From Eledone cirrhosa (Eukaryota): DNA of 64,000 nt. The stretch covers positions 162,130,001 through 162,194,000 of the forward strand of contig OZ024740.1 of the NCBI GenBank assembly GCA_964016885.1, written 5' to 3'. Of this stretch, positions 27,273 to 44,496 are shown in pieces. Below the pieces are notes generated by a model. It was not told the DNA's origin. It worked only from the letters and a program-made list of their open reading frames with translations, and did no database searches. Positions within the stretch are counted from its first letter, which is position 1. Every line of letters begins with the position of its first letter. A program made the translations under genes and the position numbers.

Positions 27273-27530
27273 ATATATATATATATATACATATATATAC
27301 ATACATATATATACATATATATATACATATATATATATACATATACATTTATATACATACATATATATACATATATATACATAAATATACATACATAGAC
27401 ACATATATATACATATATATATACATATATATATACATACATATATACATATATATATACATTCATATATATACATATACATATATATACTGTTGAAGAT
27501 AGATCAAATCAGGGTATGTCATGCATCATC

Positions 27531-27597
27531 TATTTTATCTGATGAGCACGTACTGTTGAAGATAGCTCAGTACCTCTGAAATATGTATAATAAAATA
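27531..27597 (+). ncRNA. HHR, TATTTT family (close relative of 10409)
   Basis: uauuuuau CUGAUGA gcacguacug..caguaccucu GAAA uaugua UA auaaaaua; base of stem II imperfect. Confidence 0.72.
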
Positions 27598-27909
27598 TAC
27601 TTGATCACACGAATGTCTATTTTTGTTAATATTTTGAATTAATATATATATATATATATATATACATAATATATATATACATATATATATATGCATATAT
27701 ATATACATATATATATACATATACATATATATATATACATATAGATACACATATATATATACATATATATACATATATATATACACGTATTTATATACAC
27801 GTATATATATACATATATATATATACATATACATGTATATATATATACATATACATAAACACGTATATATATACATATACATATATACATATACATATAT
27901 ATATATATA

Positions 27910-28015
27910 TAGTAATAATAATAAAATTGAAGACTAAAATCCAAAGAGGGCTCGATAAGGATAAATATATATCAAATATATAAGAACCGTAGAGCAAATA
28001 TTTATTAAATAACAG
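27910..28015. repeat. Dispersed repeat; second, longer copy at 34183-34402
   Basis: About 100-bp near-identical gactaaaatccaaagagggctcgataagg..gaaccgtagagcaaatatttatt. Confidence 0.8.
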
Positions 28016-28051
28016 ATTAATCTGTTATTTAATAAATATATACATATATAC

Positions 28052-28090
<39 letters not shown>

Positions 28091-28457
28091 CATATATATA
28101 TACATATATATATACATATATATATACATATATATATATACATATATATATACATATATATATATACATATATATACATATATATATATACATACATATA
28201 TATACATATATATATATATATACATATATATGTATATATATATATGTATATATATGTATATATATATATGTATATTTATATATATGTGTATATATAAATA
28301 TATATTATGTATATATATATATATGTATACACGTATATATATATATTATGTATATATATATATATGTATACACGTATATATATACATATATATATATACA
28401 CATATATATATATACACATATATATACACATATATATATACACATATATATATATAT

Positions 28458-28502
<45 letters not shown>

Positions 28503-28555
28503 TATATATATACACATATATATATATATATACACATATATATATATATATACAC

Positions 28556-28586
<31 letters not shown>

Positions 28587-28603
28587 TATATATATATATA
28601 CAC

Positions 28604-28636
<33 letters not shown>

Positions 28637-28967
28637 CATATATACATATATATACATACATATATATATATATGTGTATATATATATGTGTGTATATATA
28701 TGTGTATTTATATGTATATGTATTTATATGTATTTATATATATATGTGTATATATGTATTTATATGTATATGTGTATATATATGTGTATTTATATATATA
28801 TATGTATATATATGGGTGTATTTATATATATATATATATATATGTATTTATATATATATATGTGTGTATTTATATATATATATATGTATTTATCTATATA
28901 TATATATGTGTATGTATTTATATATATATATATGTATTTATATATATATATATATATGTGTGTGTAT

Positions 28968-29012
<45 letters not shown>

Positions 29013-29013
29013 T

Positions 29014-29365
29014 GGAGGCACATGGCTTAGTGGTTAGAGCATTGGCCTTGCAATCGAAAGGTTGTGAGTTCAATTCCTAGACCGGGTGATGTGTTGTTTC
29101 CTTGAGCAAGACACTTTATTTCACATTGCTCCAGTTTACTCAGCTGTAGAAATGAGATGATAGGGACTGAGGTCCCTATCATTCCACTGTAAAGTGGTTG
29201 TGGAGGTGCCACGGCAAAAAAGCACCCAGCACTCACTGTAAATGAGGTTGGTGTTAGGAAGAGCATCCAGCTGTAGAAATCAAGCCAGAATCAGTTCCCG
29301 TCCCACCCTTGCAAGCAGGGAAAAGCAGACGTAAAATGAAATGATGAAATGAAAATGAAATGATA
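29014..29365 (+). mobile_element. SINE family A
   Basis: Same sequence as 4005-4310. Confidence 0.92.
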
Positions 29366-29433
29366 TCACTGAACTTTCAACCGTCAAGGTTGTTTTCTCC
29401 ACGGTTATGTAAATATTTATAAAACAAATCTTG

Positions 29434-29497
29434 TATTTTATCTGATGAAAGCACACCAATGTGGCTTGGTTGTCCTTGAAATATATATAATAAAATA
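29434..29497 (+). ncRNA. HHR, TATTTT family (element extends to about 29630)
   Basis: uauuuuau CUGAUGA aagcacacca..ugguuguccuu GAAA uauaua UA auaaaaua. Confidence 0.82.
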
Positions 29498-29631
29498 ATT
29501 ATGGTTTTATAAATATAGTTTCCATTTATTAATATATTGAATATTTACTCCAGTAAACAGTTGAGTGCTTTATGTCAGTATAAACTTTTAACTTGTTGGA
29601 ATCCCAACAAATTAAATATAACTTCTGCATG

Positions 29632-29675
<44 letters not shown>

Positions 29676-29679
<4 letters not shown>

Positions 29680-30017
29680 TAAAAGGAAAGGAAAATGCTG
29701 ACAAATTGTGAAAAATAGTTTAATTAGGAATAAGTAAAAATTAGTAATAAGTATTGGTTAGTATTCAGTTTCGGTTTTAAGTTTTTACCGGTTGCGCATT
29801 TCTAATGCTTTTCAAAAAATTTTCAAATTATTTTTGAAAAGCATTAGAAATGCGCAACCGGTAAAAATTAAAACCAAAACTGAATACTAATGAATATTTA
29901 TTACTAATTTTTACTTATTCCTAATTAAACTATTTTTCACTGGGAACAATTTGTCAGCATTTTCTTTTCCTTTTACCAATATATCATAACTCGTGTGTTA
30001 CACCTCTATTCATTTAA

Positions 30018-30018
<1 letters not shown>
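29676..30018 (+). mobile_element. Fold-back element with U3-A8 HHR-like motifs (29782-29820 minus, 29830-29867 plus)
   Basis: Arms 29676-29820 and 29830-29979; UUGAAAA gcauu-aga-aaugc GCAAC CG GUA. Confidence 0.78.
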
Positions 30019-30050
<32 letters not shown>

Positions 30051-30127
30051 TATATATATACACACAGGTATCCACTGTAAGTTTTGGGGTCTATTCTGTA
30101 TGAAGAACTCAATGTAATCCATATATT

Positions 30128-30257
30128 GCTTTTGAAAACAGCTGGTGATATGCATGTAAGTAAATATTCTCTCTATCTGAGAGTTTGTAAACTTACATAG
30201 ATCAATAACTGAGTATAGATATAATGTATTATCACTATCTAGAAACGATCGTAAAGC
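30128..30257 (+). ncRNA. HHR with long stem II and U3-A8 core; homologue of the array family
   Basis: gcuu UUGAAAA c ag..ggugau..aucacu..cua GAAAC GAUC GUA aagc. Confidence 0.72.
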
Positions 30258-30304
30258 AGTGAAGTATATCCTAATGACTTGATTTTTTATTTCATTGTTT
30301 TAAC

Positions 30305-30340
<36 letters not shown>

Positions 30341-30354
30341 GATATATATATATT

Positions 30355-30772
30355 ATAGAGAAGACCCGCCTTACCTAAATATATAGTAAAACCTACTCCA
30401 GCCAGTAGGCATCTCTAACAAATACACCCCGTCCCACCACCCCCACCCGATCCACACCACCCCGTTCTATGTAAAGTTATGTTGGTGCCGCGCCATCGAG
30501 GCCGAAACAAATGAGATCGTGTAGGTGTCACGACAAAAAAACACACAGTCCACGCTGTAATGTGGCCGTGTAGGCAACACGGTAAAAACCTCCCAGACCC
30601 ACACTGTAAATGTGGTTGGTGTTAGGAAGGGCATCCAACTGTAGAAAACCTGCCAGACAGTCCTATGCGAGCAAGACAATCACTCTTGCCTCAAGTGGGA
30701 CTACCCCCGTCCAAACCCATGCAAGCGTGGAACACGGACGTTAAACGTTGATGATGATGATGATGATGATGA
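30355..30772 (+). mobile_element. 5'-truncated RTE copy (3'UTR)
   Basis: Near-identical to 33755-34150. Confidence 0.9.
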
Positions 30773-31076
30773 TATATGCACATATATATATACATACACA
30801 TATATATATACACATATATATATATACTTATATATACATACATATATATACATATGTATATATACACATATATATATATACACATATATATACACATATA
30901 TATATACATACACATATATATACACATATATATATACATACACATATATATACATATATATATACACATATATATATGCATATATATATGCACATATATA
31001 TACAGATACACATATATATACAGATACACATATATATACATATATATATATATACATTTATATATACATATACATA

Positions 31077-31108
<32 letters not shown>

Positions 31109-31499
31109 CATACATATATATATATACATATATATATATATACATATATATATATACATACATATATATATATACATATATATATATATACATATATATA
31201 TATAAATATATATATATACACACATATATATATACACACATATATATATATACACATATATACATATATATATATATACACATATATATATACATATATA
31301 TATATACACATATATATATACATATATATATATACACATATATATACATATATATATATACACATATATATACATATATATATATACACATATATATATA
31401 TACACATATATATATACACATATATATATATACATATATATATATACATATATATACACATATATATATATACATATATATATACATATATATATATAC

Positions 31500-31536
<37 letters not shown>

Positions 31537-31570
31537 TCCATATATACATATATATATATATATACACATA

Positions 31571-31602
<32 letters not shown>

Positions 31603-31625
31603 CATATATATATACATATATATAT

Positions 31626-31684
<59 letters not shown>

Positions 31685-31727
31685 CATATATATATACATA
31701 TATATATATATACATTTATATATATAC

Positions 31728-31759
<32 letters not shown>

Positions 31760-31775
31760 ATTAGAAAGTGAGGTT

Positions 31776-31971
31776 TTTTTTACAAAATGAAAAATAACCG
31801 AGGTGTCCTACACGAGTGAAAGTGTAAAGAAAAAGAGATGAAATCGAAAATCCAACTGGAGTCTTATTTTTAAAAAAAATATATATATTTATTTGGTTCC
31901 TATACATGTTTCGCAGTTCTTCTGCTTTTCAAAAGGTGAGTTGAGATGGAGGGTCTGTGGTTTTTCTCACA
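31776..31971 (-). mobile_element. Single-arm copy of the 9789 family; HHR at 31899-31936
   Basis: ccuu UUGAAAA gcag-aagaa-cugc GAAAC AU GUA uagg. Confidence 0.8.
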
Positions 31972-32023
31972 TATATATATACATATATATATATATACAT
32001 ATATATATACATATATATATATC

Positions 32024-32370
32024 ATTCATCATCATCATCATCATTTCATTTTACGTCCACTTTTCCCTGCTTGCAAGGGTGGACGGGAACTGATTCTGGC
32101 TTGATTTCTACAGCTGGATGCCCTTCCTAACACCAACCTCATTTACAGTGAGTGGTGGGTGCTTTTTTGCCGTGGCACCTCCACGACCACTTTGCAGTGG
32201 AATAATATGGACCCCAGTCCCTATCATCTCATTTCTACAGCTGAATAAACTGGAGCAATGTGAAATAAAGTGCCTTGCTCAAGGAAACAACACATCACCC
32301 GGTCTGAGAATTGAACTCACAACCTTTCGATTGCAAGGCCAATGCTCTAACCACTAAGCCATGTGCCTCC
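32024..32370 (-). mobile_element. SINE family A
   Basis: Reverse complement of family A. Confidence 0.92.
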
Positions 32371-32436
32371 ATATATATATATATACACATATATATATAC
32401 ATATATACATATATATATATACATATATATATATAC

Positions 32437-32474
<38 letters not shown>

Positions 32475-32602
32475 ATATATATATATATACATATATATAT
32501 ACATATATATACATATATATATATACATATATATATACATATATATACATATATATATACATATATATATACATACATATATACATATATATATATACAT
32601 AC

Positions 32603-32649
<47 letters not shown>

Positions 32650-32650
32650 C

Positions 32651-32719
<69 letters not shown>

Positions 32720-32720
32720 C

Positions 32721-32763
<43 letters not shown>

Positions 32764-32765
32764 CG

Positions 32766-32807
<42 letters not shown>

Positions 32808-32809
32808 CG

Positions 32810-32851
<42 letters not shown>

Positions 32852-32864
32852 CGTATATATATAC

Positions 32865-33028
<164 letters not shown>

Positions 33029-33051
33029 CATACGTATATATATACATATAT

Positions 33052-33099
<48 letters not shown>

Positions 33100-33101
33100 C
33101 G

Positions 33102-33145
<44 letters not shown>

Positions 33146-33177
33146 CATATATACATATATATATATATACATATATA

Positions 33178-34150
33178 GGGCTCTATAGAAATAGTGGACA
33201 GCTTCCGTTACCTGGGTGACAAAATCAGCAGTGGGGGAGGGTGCTCTGAAAGTACAGTAGCTAGAGTCAGAACTGGATGGAAAAAGTTCAGAGAGCTTAT
33301 ACCACTATTAGCCGCTAAAGGGTTCTCCCTAAAAATGAAAGGCAGGTTGTATGATGCCTGCATACGAACAGCAATGTTGCATGGCAGTGAGACCTGGGCA
33401 TTGTGTGCAGAGGATATACGCAAACTAGAGAGGAACGAAGCTTGCATGCTCCGCTGGATGTGTAATAGTAATATACGTGAACGGCAAAGCATAAACGAAC
33501 TAAGGAAAAAATTAGAAATAAGAGGGATCAGATGTTGTTTACTCGAGAGAAGGCTACGTTGGTATGGTCACGTGATGCGCATGAAAGACGATAGCTGTAT
33601 AACAACGTGCAGGGCAATAAAGATAGACGGTAGCCACGGAATAGGCAGACCCAGAAAAACCTGGGACGAGCTGATAAATTCCGACTCACACACTTACACC
33701 TCTCCAAGACAATGTCACTGGACCGAGACCTTTGGCGGTACTCAGTAGTAATAGAGAAGACCCGCCTTACCTAAATACAAAGTAAAACCTACTACAATCA
33801 GTAGGCATCTCTAACAAAATACACCCCCGTCCCACCACCCCGCCCCTTCTATGTAAAGTTATGTTGGTGCCACAACATCCAGGCCGAAACAAATGAGATC
33901 GTGTAGGTGTCACGACAAAAAACACACAGTCCACCCTGTAATGTTGCCGTGTAGGCAGCACGGTAAAAACCTCCCAGCCCCACACTGTAAATGTGGTTGG
34001 TGTTAGGAAGGGCATCCAGCTGTAGAAAACCCGCCAGACAGTCCTATGCGAGCAAGACAATCACTCTTGCCTCAAGTGGGAAAATCCCCGTCCAAACCCA
34101 TGCAAGCGTGGAACACGGACGTTAAACGTTGATGATGATGATGATGATGA
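33178..34150 (+). mobile_element. RTE LINE 3' end (RT C-terminus, 3'UTR, (GAT)n tail)
   Basis: ORF 33194-33748: FRYLG, LY.ACIR.AMLHGSETW, RRLRWYGHVMRM, GRPRKTW. Confidence 0.93.
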
Positions 34151-34452
34151 TATATATACATATATATATATATACATATATATAGTAATAATAATAAACT
34201 TTAAGACTAAAATCCAAAGAGGGCTCGATAAGGATAAATATATATCAAATATATAAGAACCGTAGAGCAAATATTTATTAAAATAACATTAAAGTTTAAG
34301 CAAAGAATCGCTGCTTTCACCCTTAACGGGATCTTCTGAAACTAACAAAGTCAATCTGTAAATGCAGAAGTGGATATTTCAAAAAACGTTGCAACTGGAG
34401 GAATATATATATATACATATATATATACATATATATATATATACATATATAT

Positions 34453-34513
<61 letters not shown>

Positions 34514-34833
34514 CATATATATATACATATGTATATATATATACATATATATATATGTATATATATACATTTATATATATATATACATATATACATATAT
34601 ACATATATACATATATATATATATATACATATATACATATATATATATATATACATATATATACATATATATATATATACATATATATACATATACATAT
34701 ACATATATATACATATACATATATATACATATACATATATATACATATATATATATACATATACATATATATATATACATATACATATATACATATATAT
34801 ACATATACATATATACATATATATATATGTACA

Positions 34834-34865
<32 letters not shown>

Positions 34866-34866
34866 C

Positions 34867-34897
<31 letters not shown>

Positions 34898-34912
34898 CAT
34901 ATATATATATAC

Positions 34913-34943
<31 letters not shown>

Positions 34944-34974
34944 CATATATATATATACATATATATATATATAC

Positions 34975-35005
<31 letters not shown>

Positions 35006-35068
35006 CATATATATACACACATATATATACACATATATATATACATATATATATATACATATATACAC

Positions 35069-35152
<84 letters not shown>

Positions 35153-35172
35153 ACATATATATATATATATAC

Positions 35173-35205
<33 letters not shown>

Positions 35206-35372
35206 CATATATATATACATATATACATATATATATATACATATATATACATACATATATATATATACATATATATAGACATATATATACATACATATAT
35301 ATATATAGATATATATACATACATATACATATATATATACATATATATACATACATATATATATATATATAT

Positions 35373-35427
<55 letters not shown>

Positions 35428-35428
35428 C

Positions 35429-35464
<36 letters not shown>

Positions 35465-35496
35465 ACATATATATACATACATATATATATATATAC

Positions 35497-35529
<33 letters not shown>

Positions 35530-35604
35530 CATATATATACATACATATATATATATATATACATATATATACATACATATATATATACATACATATATAT
35601 ATAT

Positions 35605-35636
<32 letters not shown>

Positions 35637-35637
35637 A

Positions 35638-35678
<41 letters not shown>

Positions 35679-35768
35679 ACATATATATACATACTTATAT
35701 ATACATACATATATATATATACATATATATACATACATATATATATATATACATACTTATATATACAT

Positions 35769-36335
35769 GGTGGCTGCCAACTCGTTTTCGAGTACGGCCA
35801 CTACTTTATATCCATGTAGGAGAACCCCTACCAATGCGCTGAACGAGTGTGACTTTTTAGTCCAGCCAGCGACTTGAAAACTCTGGTACAAACACTACAC
35901 TTGTGACAATTATTGACACATAGTGCTGGGCCCATGGTACCATGTGACGACAAGTGCAGAGAGATCTCCAGATATAAAGCAATGCCTGTGCCGTGAAGCT
36001 TTTATAGTGAGCAAAGGCACTGCACAAAGCCAGTCCCACTCTCTTAACCAAGATGATATTTACCAAAAAGAAGAACACGTCAACATCATTGGATACCATC
36101 AGAGTTGCAGGTGTTATATCAGAGTTTTCCTTCTCCTAGAATTCTGCCTTGACAAAGGCTAAGGGGTCATCTCTCCCGGTGATTTTGGATGGCCATTGAC
36201 TCTTAAGAGCTCTTAAGAGCTCCTTTGCCCTTTGACAGGTTTTGTTTTTAGTCCTGCAGGATGTCCAAAGTCACCCTCCTCACCAAGAAACCTTGGTGGG
36301 GTTGCCAGTTTAGTCGCCAACGACCCGACCATGAG
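35769..36335 (-). mobile_element. Non-coding element resembling an RTE 5'UTR
   Basis: Minus strand tctaggagaaggaaaactctg (36120-36140) resembles a recurrent RTE 5'UTR motif (from memory); both ends abut TA tracts. Confidence 0.5.
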
Positions 36336-36459
36336 ATATATATACATATATATACATATATATACATAGATATATATATATATACATATATATACATACA
36401 TATATATATATATATATATACATATATATACATACATATATATATATATACATATATAC

Positions 36460-36515
<56 letters not shown>

Positions 36516-36521
36516 ATATAT

Positions 36522-36554
<33 letters not shown>

Positions 36555-36564
36555 TATATATACA

Positions 36565-36712
<148 letters not shown>

Positions 36713-36713
36713 C

Positions 36714-36744
<31 letters not shown>

Positions 36745-36749
36745 CATAC

Positions 36750-36816
<67 letters not shown>

Positions 36817-36847
36817 CATATATATATTTACATATATATATATTTAC

Positions 36848-36878
<31 letters not shown>

Positions 36879-36939
36879 CATATATATACATATATATATA
36901 TATACATATATACATATATATACATATATATATATATAC

Positions 36940-36990
<51 letters not shown>

Positions 36991-37033
36991 CACATTTATA
37001 TACATATATATATATACATATACATATATATAC

Positions 37034-37097
<64 letters not shown>

Positions 37098-37118
37098 ATA
37101 CATATATATACATACATA

Positions 37119-37150
<32 letters not shown>

Positions 37151-37197
37151 CATATATATATATACATATATATATATAGACATATATATATATAGAC

Positions 37198-37271
<74 letters not shown>

Positions 37272-37335
37272 GTACATATATATATATATACTTATATATA
37301 TATATATACATATATATCTATACATATATATACAC

Positions 37336-37386
<51 letters not shown>

Positions 37387-37570
37387 AATACATATATATA
37401 TACACATATATATATATACATATATATCATCATCATCATCATCATCATCAACGTTTAACGTCCGTGTTCCACGCTTGCATGGGTTTGGACATATACATAT
37501 ACATATATATACATATACATATATATATATATATACATACATATATATATACATACATATATATATACAC

Positions 37571-37601
<31 letters not shown>

Positions 37602-37610
37602 CATATATGC

Positions 37611-37645
<35 letters not shown>

Positions 37646-37662
37646 CATATGTATATATATAC

Positions 37663-37717
<55 letters not shown>

Positions 37718-37868
37718 CATATATATACATATATATATATACATATACATATATATATATATATACATATATATACATACATATATATATATACATATAC
37801 ATATATATACATACATATATATATATATACATACATATATATATATACATATACATATATATACATAC

Positions 37869-37909
<41 letters not shown>

Positions 37910-37947
37910 CATATATATACATAGATATATATATATATATATATACA

Positions 37948-38266
37948 TGTAAAGTTATATTTAAAATTGTTGGTTTACAACTAGTAAATATTTATAACTG
38001 ATATAAAAGCACTCGACAAATATTTGGAGTATATTTACAATATTAAATAAATGGAAAACTATATTTATAAAACCATATTTATTTCATTATATATATTTCG
38101 GGGATATCATATTAACAATATGTCGAATATATTTATCTATAAAACTGTTTATATTGTATTTTGTCTGATGAAGGCATAGCATATTGTTAATATGATATCA
38201 CCGAAATATATATAATGAAATAAATATGGTTTTATAAATATAGTTTTCCATTTATTTAATATTGTA
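37948..38266 (-). mobile_element. Fold-back element, TATTTT family; HHR at 38157-38222 (+)
   Basis: Arms 38036-38122 and 38180-38266; uauuuugu CUGAUGA agg..cauauu-guu-aauaug..cc GAAA uauaua UA augaaaua. Confidence 0.8.
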
Positions 38267-38283
38267 TATATATATACATATAT

Positions 38284-38342
<59 letters not shown>

Positions 38343-38354
38343 TATACATACATA

Positions 38355-38423
<69 letters not shown>

Positions 38424-38509
38424 ACATATATATACATACATACATATATATATATACATATATATACATATATATACATAGATATATATATATACATATA
38501 TATACATAC

Positions 38510-38541
<32 letters not shown>

Positions 38542-38725
38542 ACATACATATATATATATATATACATATATATACATACATATATATATATATATACATA
38601 TATATACATACATATATATATATATATACATATATATAGATACATATATATACAAACATATATATATATATACATATATATACATACATATATATATACA
38701 TATATATATATACATATATATATAC

Positions 38726-38825
<100 letters not shown>

Positions 38826-38905
38826 ATATAGATATACATAAAATATTAAAAAAATAATGAATAAAACAATGAAACAGTTCCTTATATTAAACAAAAAAAG
38901 TTCAT

Positions 38906-39038
38906 TATTTAACGATCGTTTCTAGGACATATATGTGTTAGAATTGGCATGCATATTCAACAGATCTATGTACAAAATTATACAAACTATCAAACTTAAT
39001 ATACATACCAACACATATATATGCCGTCTTCAGAAATA
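38906..39038 (-). ncRNA. HHR with a stem II of about 105 nt (array copies at 41099-41231, 43478-43610, 46423-46555, 48635-48785, 51276-51408)
   Basis: uauuu CUGAAGA c ggcauauauauguguugg..cuaacacauauauguccua GAAAC GAUC GUU aaaua. Confidence 0.78.
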
Positions 39039-39118
39039 TTTCTGAAATATATATGTGTATATATATGTATAGATATATATGTATATATATATATATAAGT
39101 ATATATATATATATGTAC

Positions 39119-39154
<36 letters not shown>

Positions 39155-39173
39155 GTCTATATATATATATGTC

Positions 39174-39241
<68 letters not shown>

Positions 39242-39278
39242 CATATATATACATATATATATATATACATATATATAC

Positions 39279-39347
<69 letters not shown>

Positions 39348-39511
39348 CACATTTATATACATATATATATATACATATACATATATATATATATACATAT
39401 ACATATATATACATATATATATATACATATATATATACATATATATATATATACATATATATATACATATATATATATATACATATTTATATACATATAT
39501 ATATACATATT

Positions 39512-39610
<99 letters not shown>

Positions 39611-39614
39611 ATAC

Positions 39615-39663
<49 letters not shown>

Positions 39664-39670
39664 TATATAC

Positions 39671-39719
<49 letters not shown>

Positions 39720-39741
39720 GACATATATATATATAGACATA

Positions 39742-39794
<53 letters not shown>

Positions 39795-39876
39795 GTACAT
39801 ATATATATATATACTTATATATATATATATACATATATATCTATACATATATATACACATATATATATATAAATAC

Positions 39877-39909
<33 letters not shown>

Positions 39910-39926
39910 AATACATATATATATAC

Positions 39927-39957
<31 letters not shown>

Positions 39958-40044
39958 CATATATATCATCATCATCATCATCATCATCATCAACGTTTAA
40001 CGTCCGTGTTCCACGCTTGCATGGGTTTGGACATATACATATAC

Positions 40045-40075
<31 letters not shown>

Positions 40076-40100
40076 CATACATATATATATACATACATAT

Positions 40101-40131
<31 letters not shown>

Positions 40132-40144
40132 CATATATATACAC

Positions 40145-40177
<33 letters not shown>

Positions 40178-40186
40178 CATATATAC

Positions 40187-40237
<51 letters not shown>

Positions 40238-40418
40238 CATATATATACATATATATATACATATATATATATACATATACATATATATATATATACATAT
40301 ATATACATACATATATATATATACATATACATATATATACATACATATATATATACATATATATACATACATATATATATATATACATATACATATATAT
40401 ATACATATATATACATAC

Positions 40419-40459
<41 letters not shown>

Positions 40460-40524
40460 CATATATATACATAGATATATATATATATATATACATATAT
40501 ATACGTACATATATATATATATAC

Positions 40525-40564
<40 letters not shown>

Positions 40565-40623
40565 ATATACATATATATATACATACATATATATATATAT
40601 ATATACATATATATACATACATA

Positions 40624-40678
<55 letters not shown>

Positions 40679-40818
40679 ACATATATATACATATATATAC
40701 ATAGATATATATATATACATATATATACATACATATATATATATATACATATACATATATATACATACATATATATATATATATACATATATATACATAC
40801 ATATATATATATATATAC

Positions 40819-40853
<35 letters not shown>

Positions 40854-40870
40854 CATACATATATATATAC

Positions 40871-40955
<85 letters not shown>

Positions 40956-40967
40956 CATATATATATA

Positions 40968-41018
<51 letters not shown>

Positions 41019-41313
41019 ATATACATATACATAAAATATTAAAAAAATAATGAATAAAACAATGAAACAGTTCCTTATATTAAACAAAAAAAGTTCATTA
41101 TTTAACGATCGTTTCTAGGACATATATGTGTTAGAATTGGAATGCATATTCAACAGATCTATGTACAAAATTATACAAACTATCAAACTTAATATACATA
41201 CCAACACATATATATGCCGTCTTCAGAAATATTTCTGAAATATATATGTGTATATATATGTATAGATATATATGTATATATATATATATATAAGTATATA
41301 TATATATATGTAC

Positions 41314-41347
<34 letters not shown>

Positions 41348-41382
41348 GTCTATATATATATATGTCTATATATATATATGTC

Positions 41383-41446
<64 letters not shown>

Positions 41447-41531
41447 CATATATATACATATATATATATATACATATATATACATATATATATATACATA
41501 TATACATATATATACATATATATATATATAC

Positions 41532-41577
<46 letters not shown>

Positions 41578-41657
41578 ATATATATATACACATTTATATA
41601 CATATATATATATACATATACATATATATACATATATATATATACATATATATATAC

Positions 41658-41688
<31 letters not shown>

Positions 41689-41746
41689 CATATATATATA
41701 CATATATATATATATACATATTTATATACATATATATATACATATT

Positions 41747-41844
<98 letters not shown>

Positions 41845-41845
41845 C

Positions 41846-41930
<85 letters not shown>

Positions 41931-41949
41931 GACATATATATATATAGAC

Positions 41950-41981
<32 letters not shown>

Positions 41982-42064
41982 GTACATATATATATATATA
42001 CTTATATATATATATATACATATATATCTATACATATATATACACATATATATATATAAATACA

Positions 42065-42098
<34 letters not shown>

Positions 42099-42139
42099 AA
42101 TACATATATATATATACATATATATATATATACATATAT

Positions 42140-42176
<37 letters not shown>

Positions 42177-42238
42177 ACGTTTAACGTCCGTGTTCCACGC
42201 TTGCATGGGTTTGGACATATACATATACATATATATAC

Positions 42239-42275
<37 letters not shown>

Positions 42276-42304
42276 CATATATATATACATACATATATAC
42301 ATAC

Positions 42305-42343
<39 letters not shown>

Positions 42344-42352
42344 CATATATAC

Positions 42353-42461
<109 letters not shown>

Positions 42462-42565
42462 CATATATATACATATATATATATATATACATATATATAC
42501 ATATATATATATATATATACATATATATACATATATATATACATATATATATATACATATACATA

Positions 42566-42605
<40 letters not shown>

Positions 42606-42730
42606 CATATATATACATACATATATATATATACATATACATATATATACATACATATATATATATATACATATATATACATACATATATATATATACAT
42701 ATACATATATATATACATATATATACATAC

Positions 42731-42771
<41 letters not shown>

Positions 42772-42806
42772 CATATATATACATAGATATATATATATAT
42801 ATATAC

Positions 42807-42860
<54 letters not shown>

Positions 42861-42912
42861 ATACATATATACATACATATATATATATATATATAATATA
42901 TATACATACATA

Positions 42913-42967
<55 letters not shown>

Positions 42968-43124
42968 ATACATATATATACATACATAGATATATATATA
43001 TACATATATATACATATATATACATAGATATATATATATACATATATATACATACATATATATATATATACATATACATATATATACATACATATATATA
43101 TATATATACATATATATACATACA

Positions 43125-43156
<32 letters not shown>

Positions 43157-43189
43157 CATACATATATATATACATACATATATATATAC

Positions 43190-43238
<49 letters not shown>

Positions 43239-43259
43239 CATATACATATATATATATAC

Positions 43260-43324
<65 letters not shown>

Positions 43325-43325
43325 C

Positions 43326-43397
<72 letters not shown>

Positions 43398-43639
43398 ATA
43401 TACATATACATAAAATATTAAAAAAATAATGAATAAAACAATGAAACAGTTCCTTATATTAAACAAAAAAAGTTCATTATTTAACGATCGTTTCTAGGAC
43501 ATATATGTGTTAGAATTGGCATGCATATTCAACAGATCTATGTACAAAATTATACAAACTATCAAACTTAATATACATACCAACACATATATATGCCGTC
43601 TTCAGAAATATTTCTGAAATATATATGTGTATATATATG

Positions 43640-43671
<32 letters not shown>

Positions 43672-43692
43672 AGTATATATATATATATGTAC

Positions 43693-43728
<36 letters not shown>

Positions 43729-43763
43729 GTCTATATATATATATGTCTATATATATATATGTC

Positions 43764-43855
<92 letters not shown>

Positions 43856-43936
43856 TATACATATATATATATATACATATATATACATATATATATATAT
43901 ACATATATACATATATATACATATATATATATATAC

Positions 43937-43998
<62 letters not shown>

Positions 43999-44062
43999 TT
44001 ATATACATATATATATATACATATACATATATATACATATATATATATACATATATATATAC

Positions 44063-44093
<31 letters not shown>

Positions 44094-44151
44094 CATATAT
44101 ATATACATATATATATATATACATATTTATATACATATATATATACATATT

Positions 44152-44221
<70 letters not shown>

Positions 44222-44222
44222 C

Positions 44223-44273
<51 letters not shown>

Positions 44274-44373
44274 CATATATATATATATATGTACATATAT
44301 ATATATATACTTATATATATATATATACATATATATCTATACATATATATACACATATATATATATAAATACA

Positions 44374-44407
<34 letters not shown>

Positions 44408-44462
44408 AATACATATATATATACACATATATATATATACATATATATATATATACATATAT

Positions 44463-44496
<34 letters not shown>

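Noticed and set aside
34300-34345. HHR-like motif on the minus strand (CAGAAGA uccc..gggu GAAAG)
   Set aside because: Core mismatch at U4 and no convincing stem I or III; at most a decayed copy
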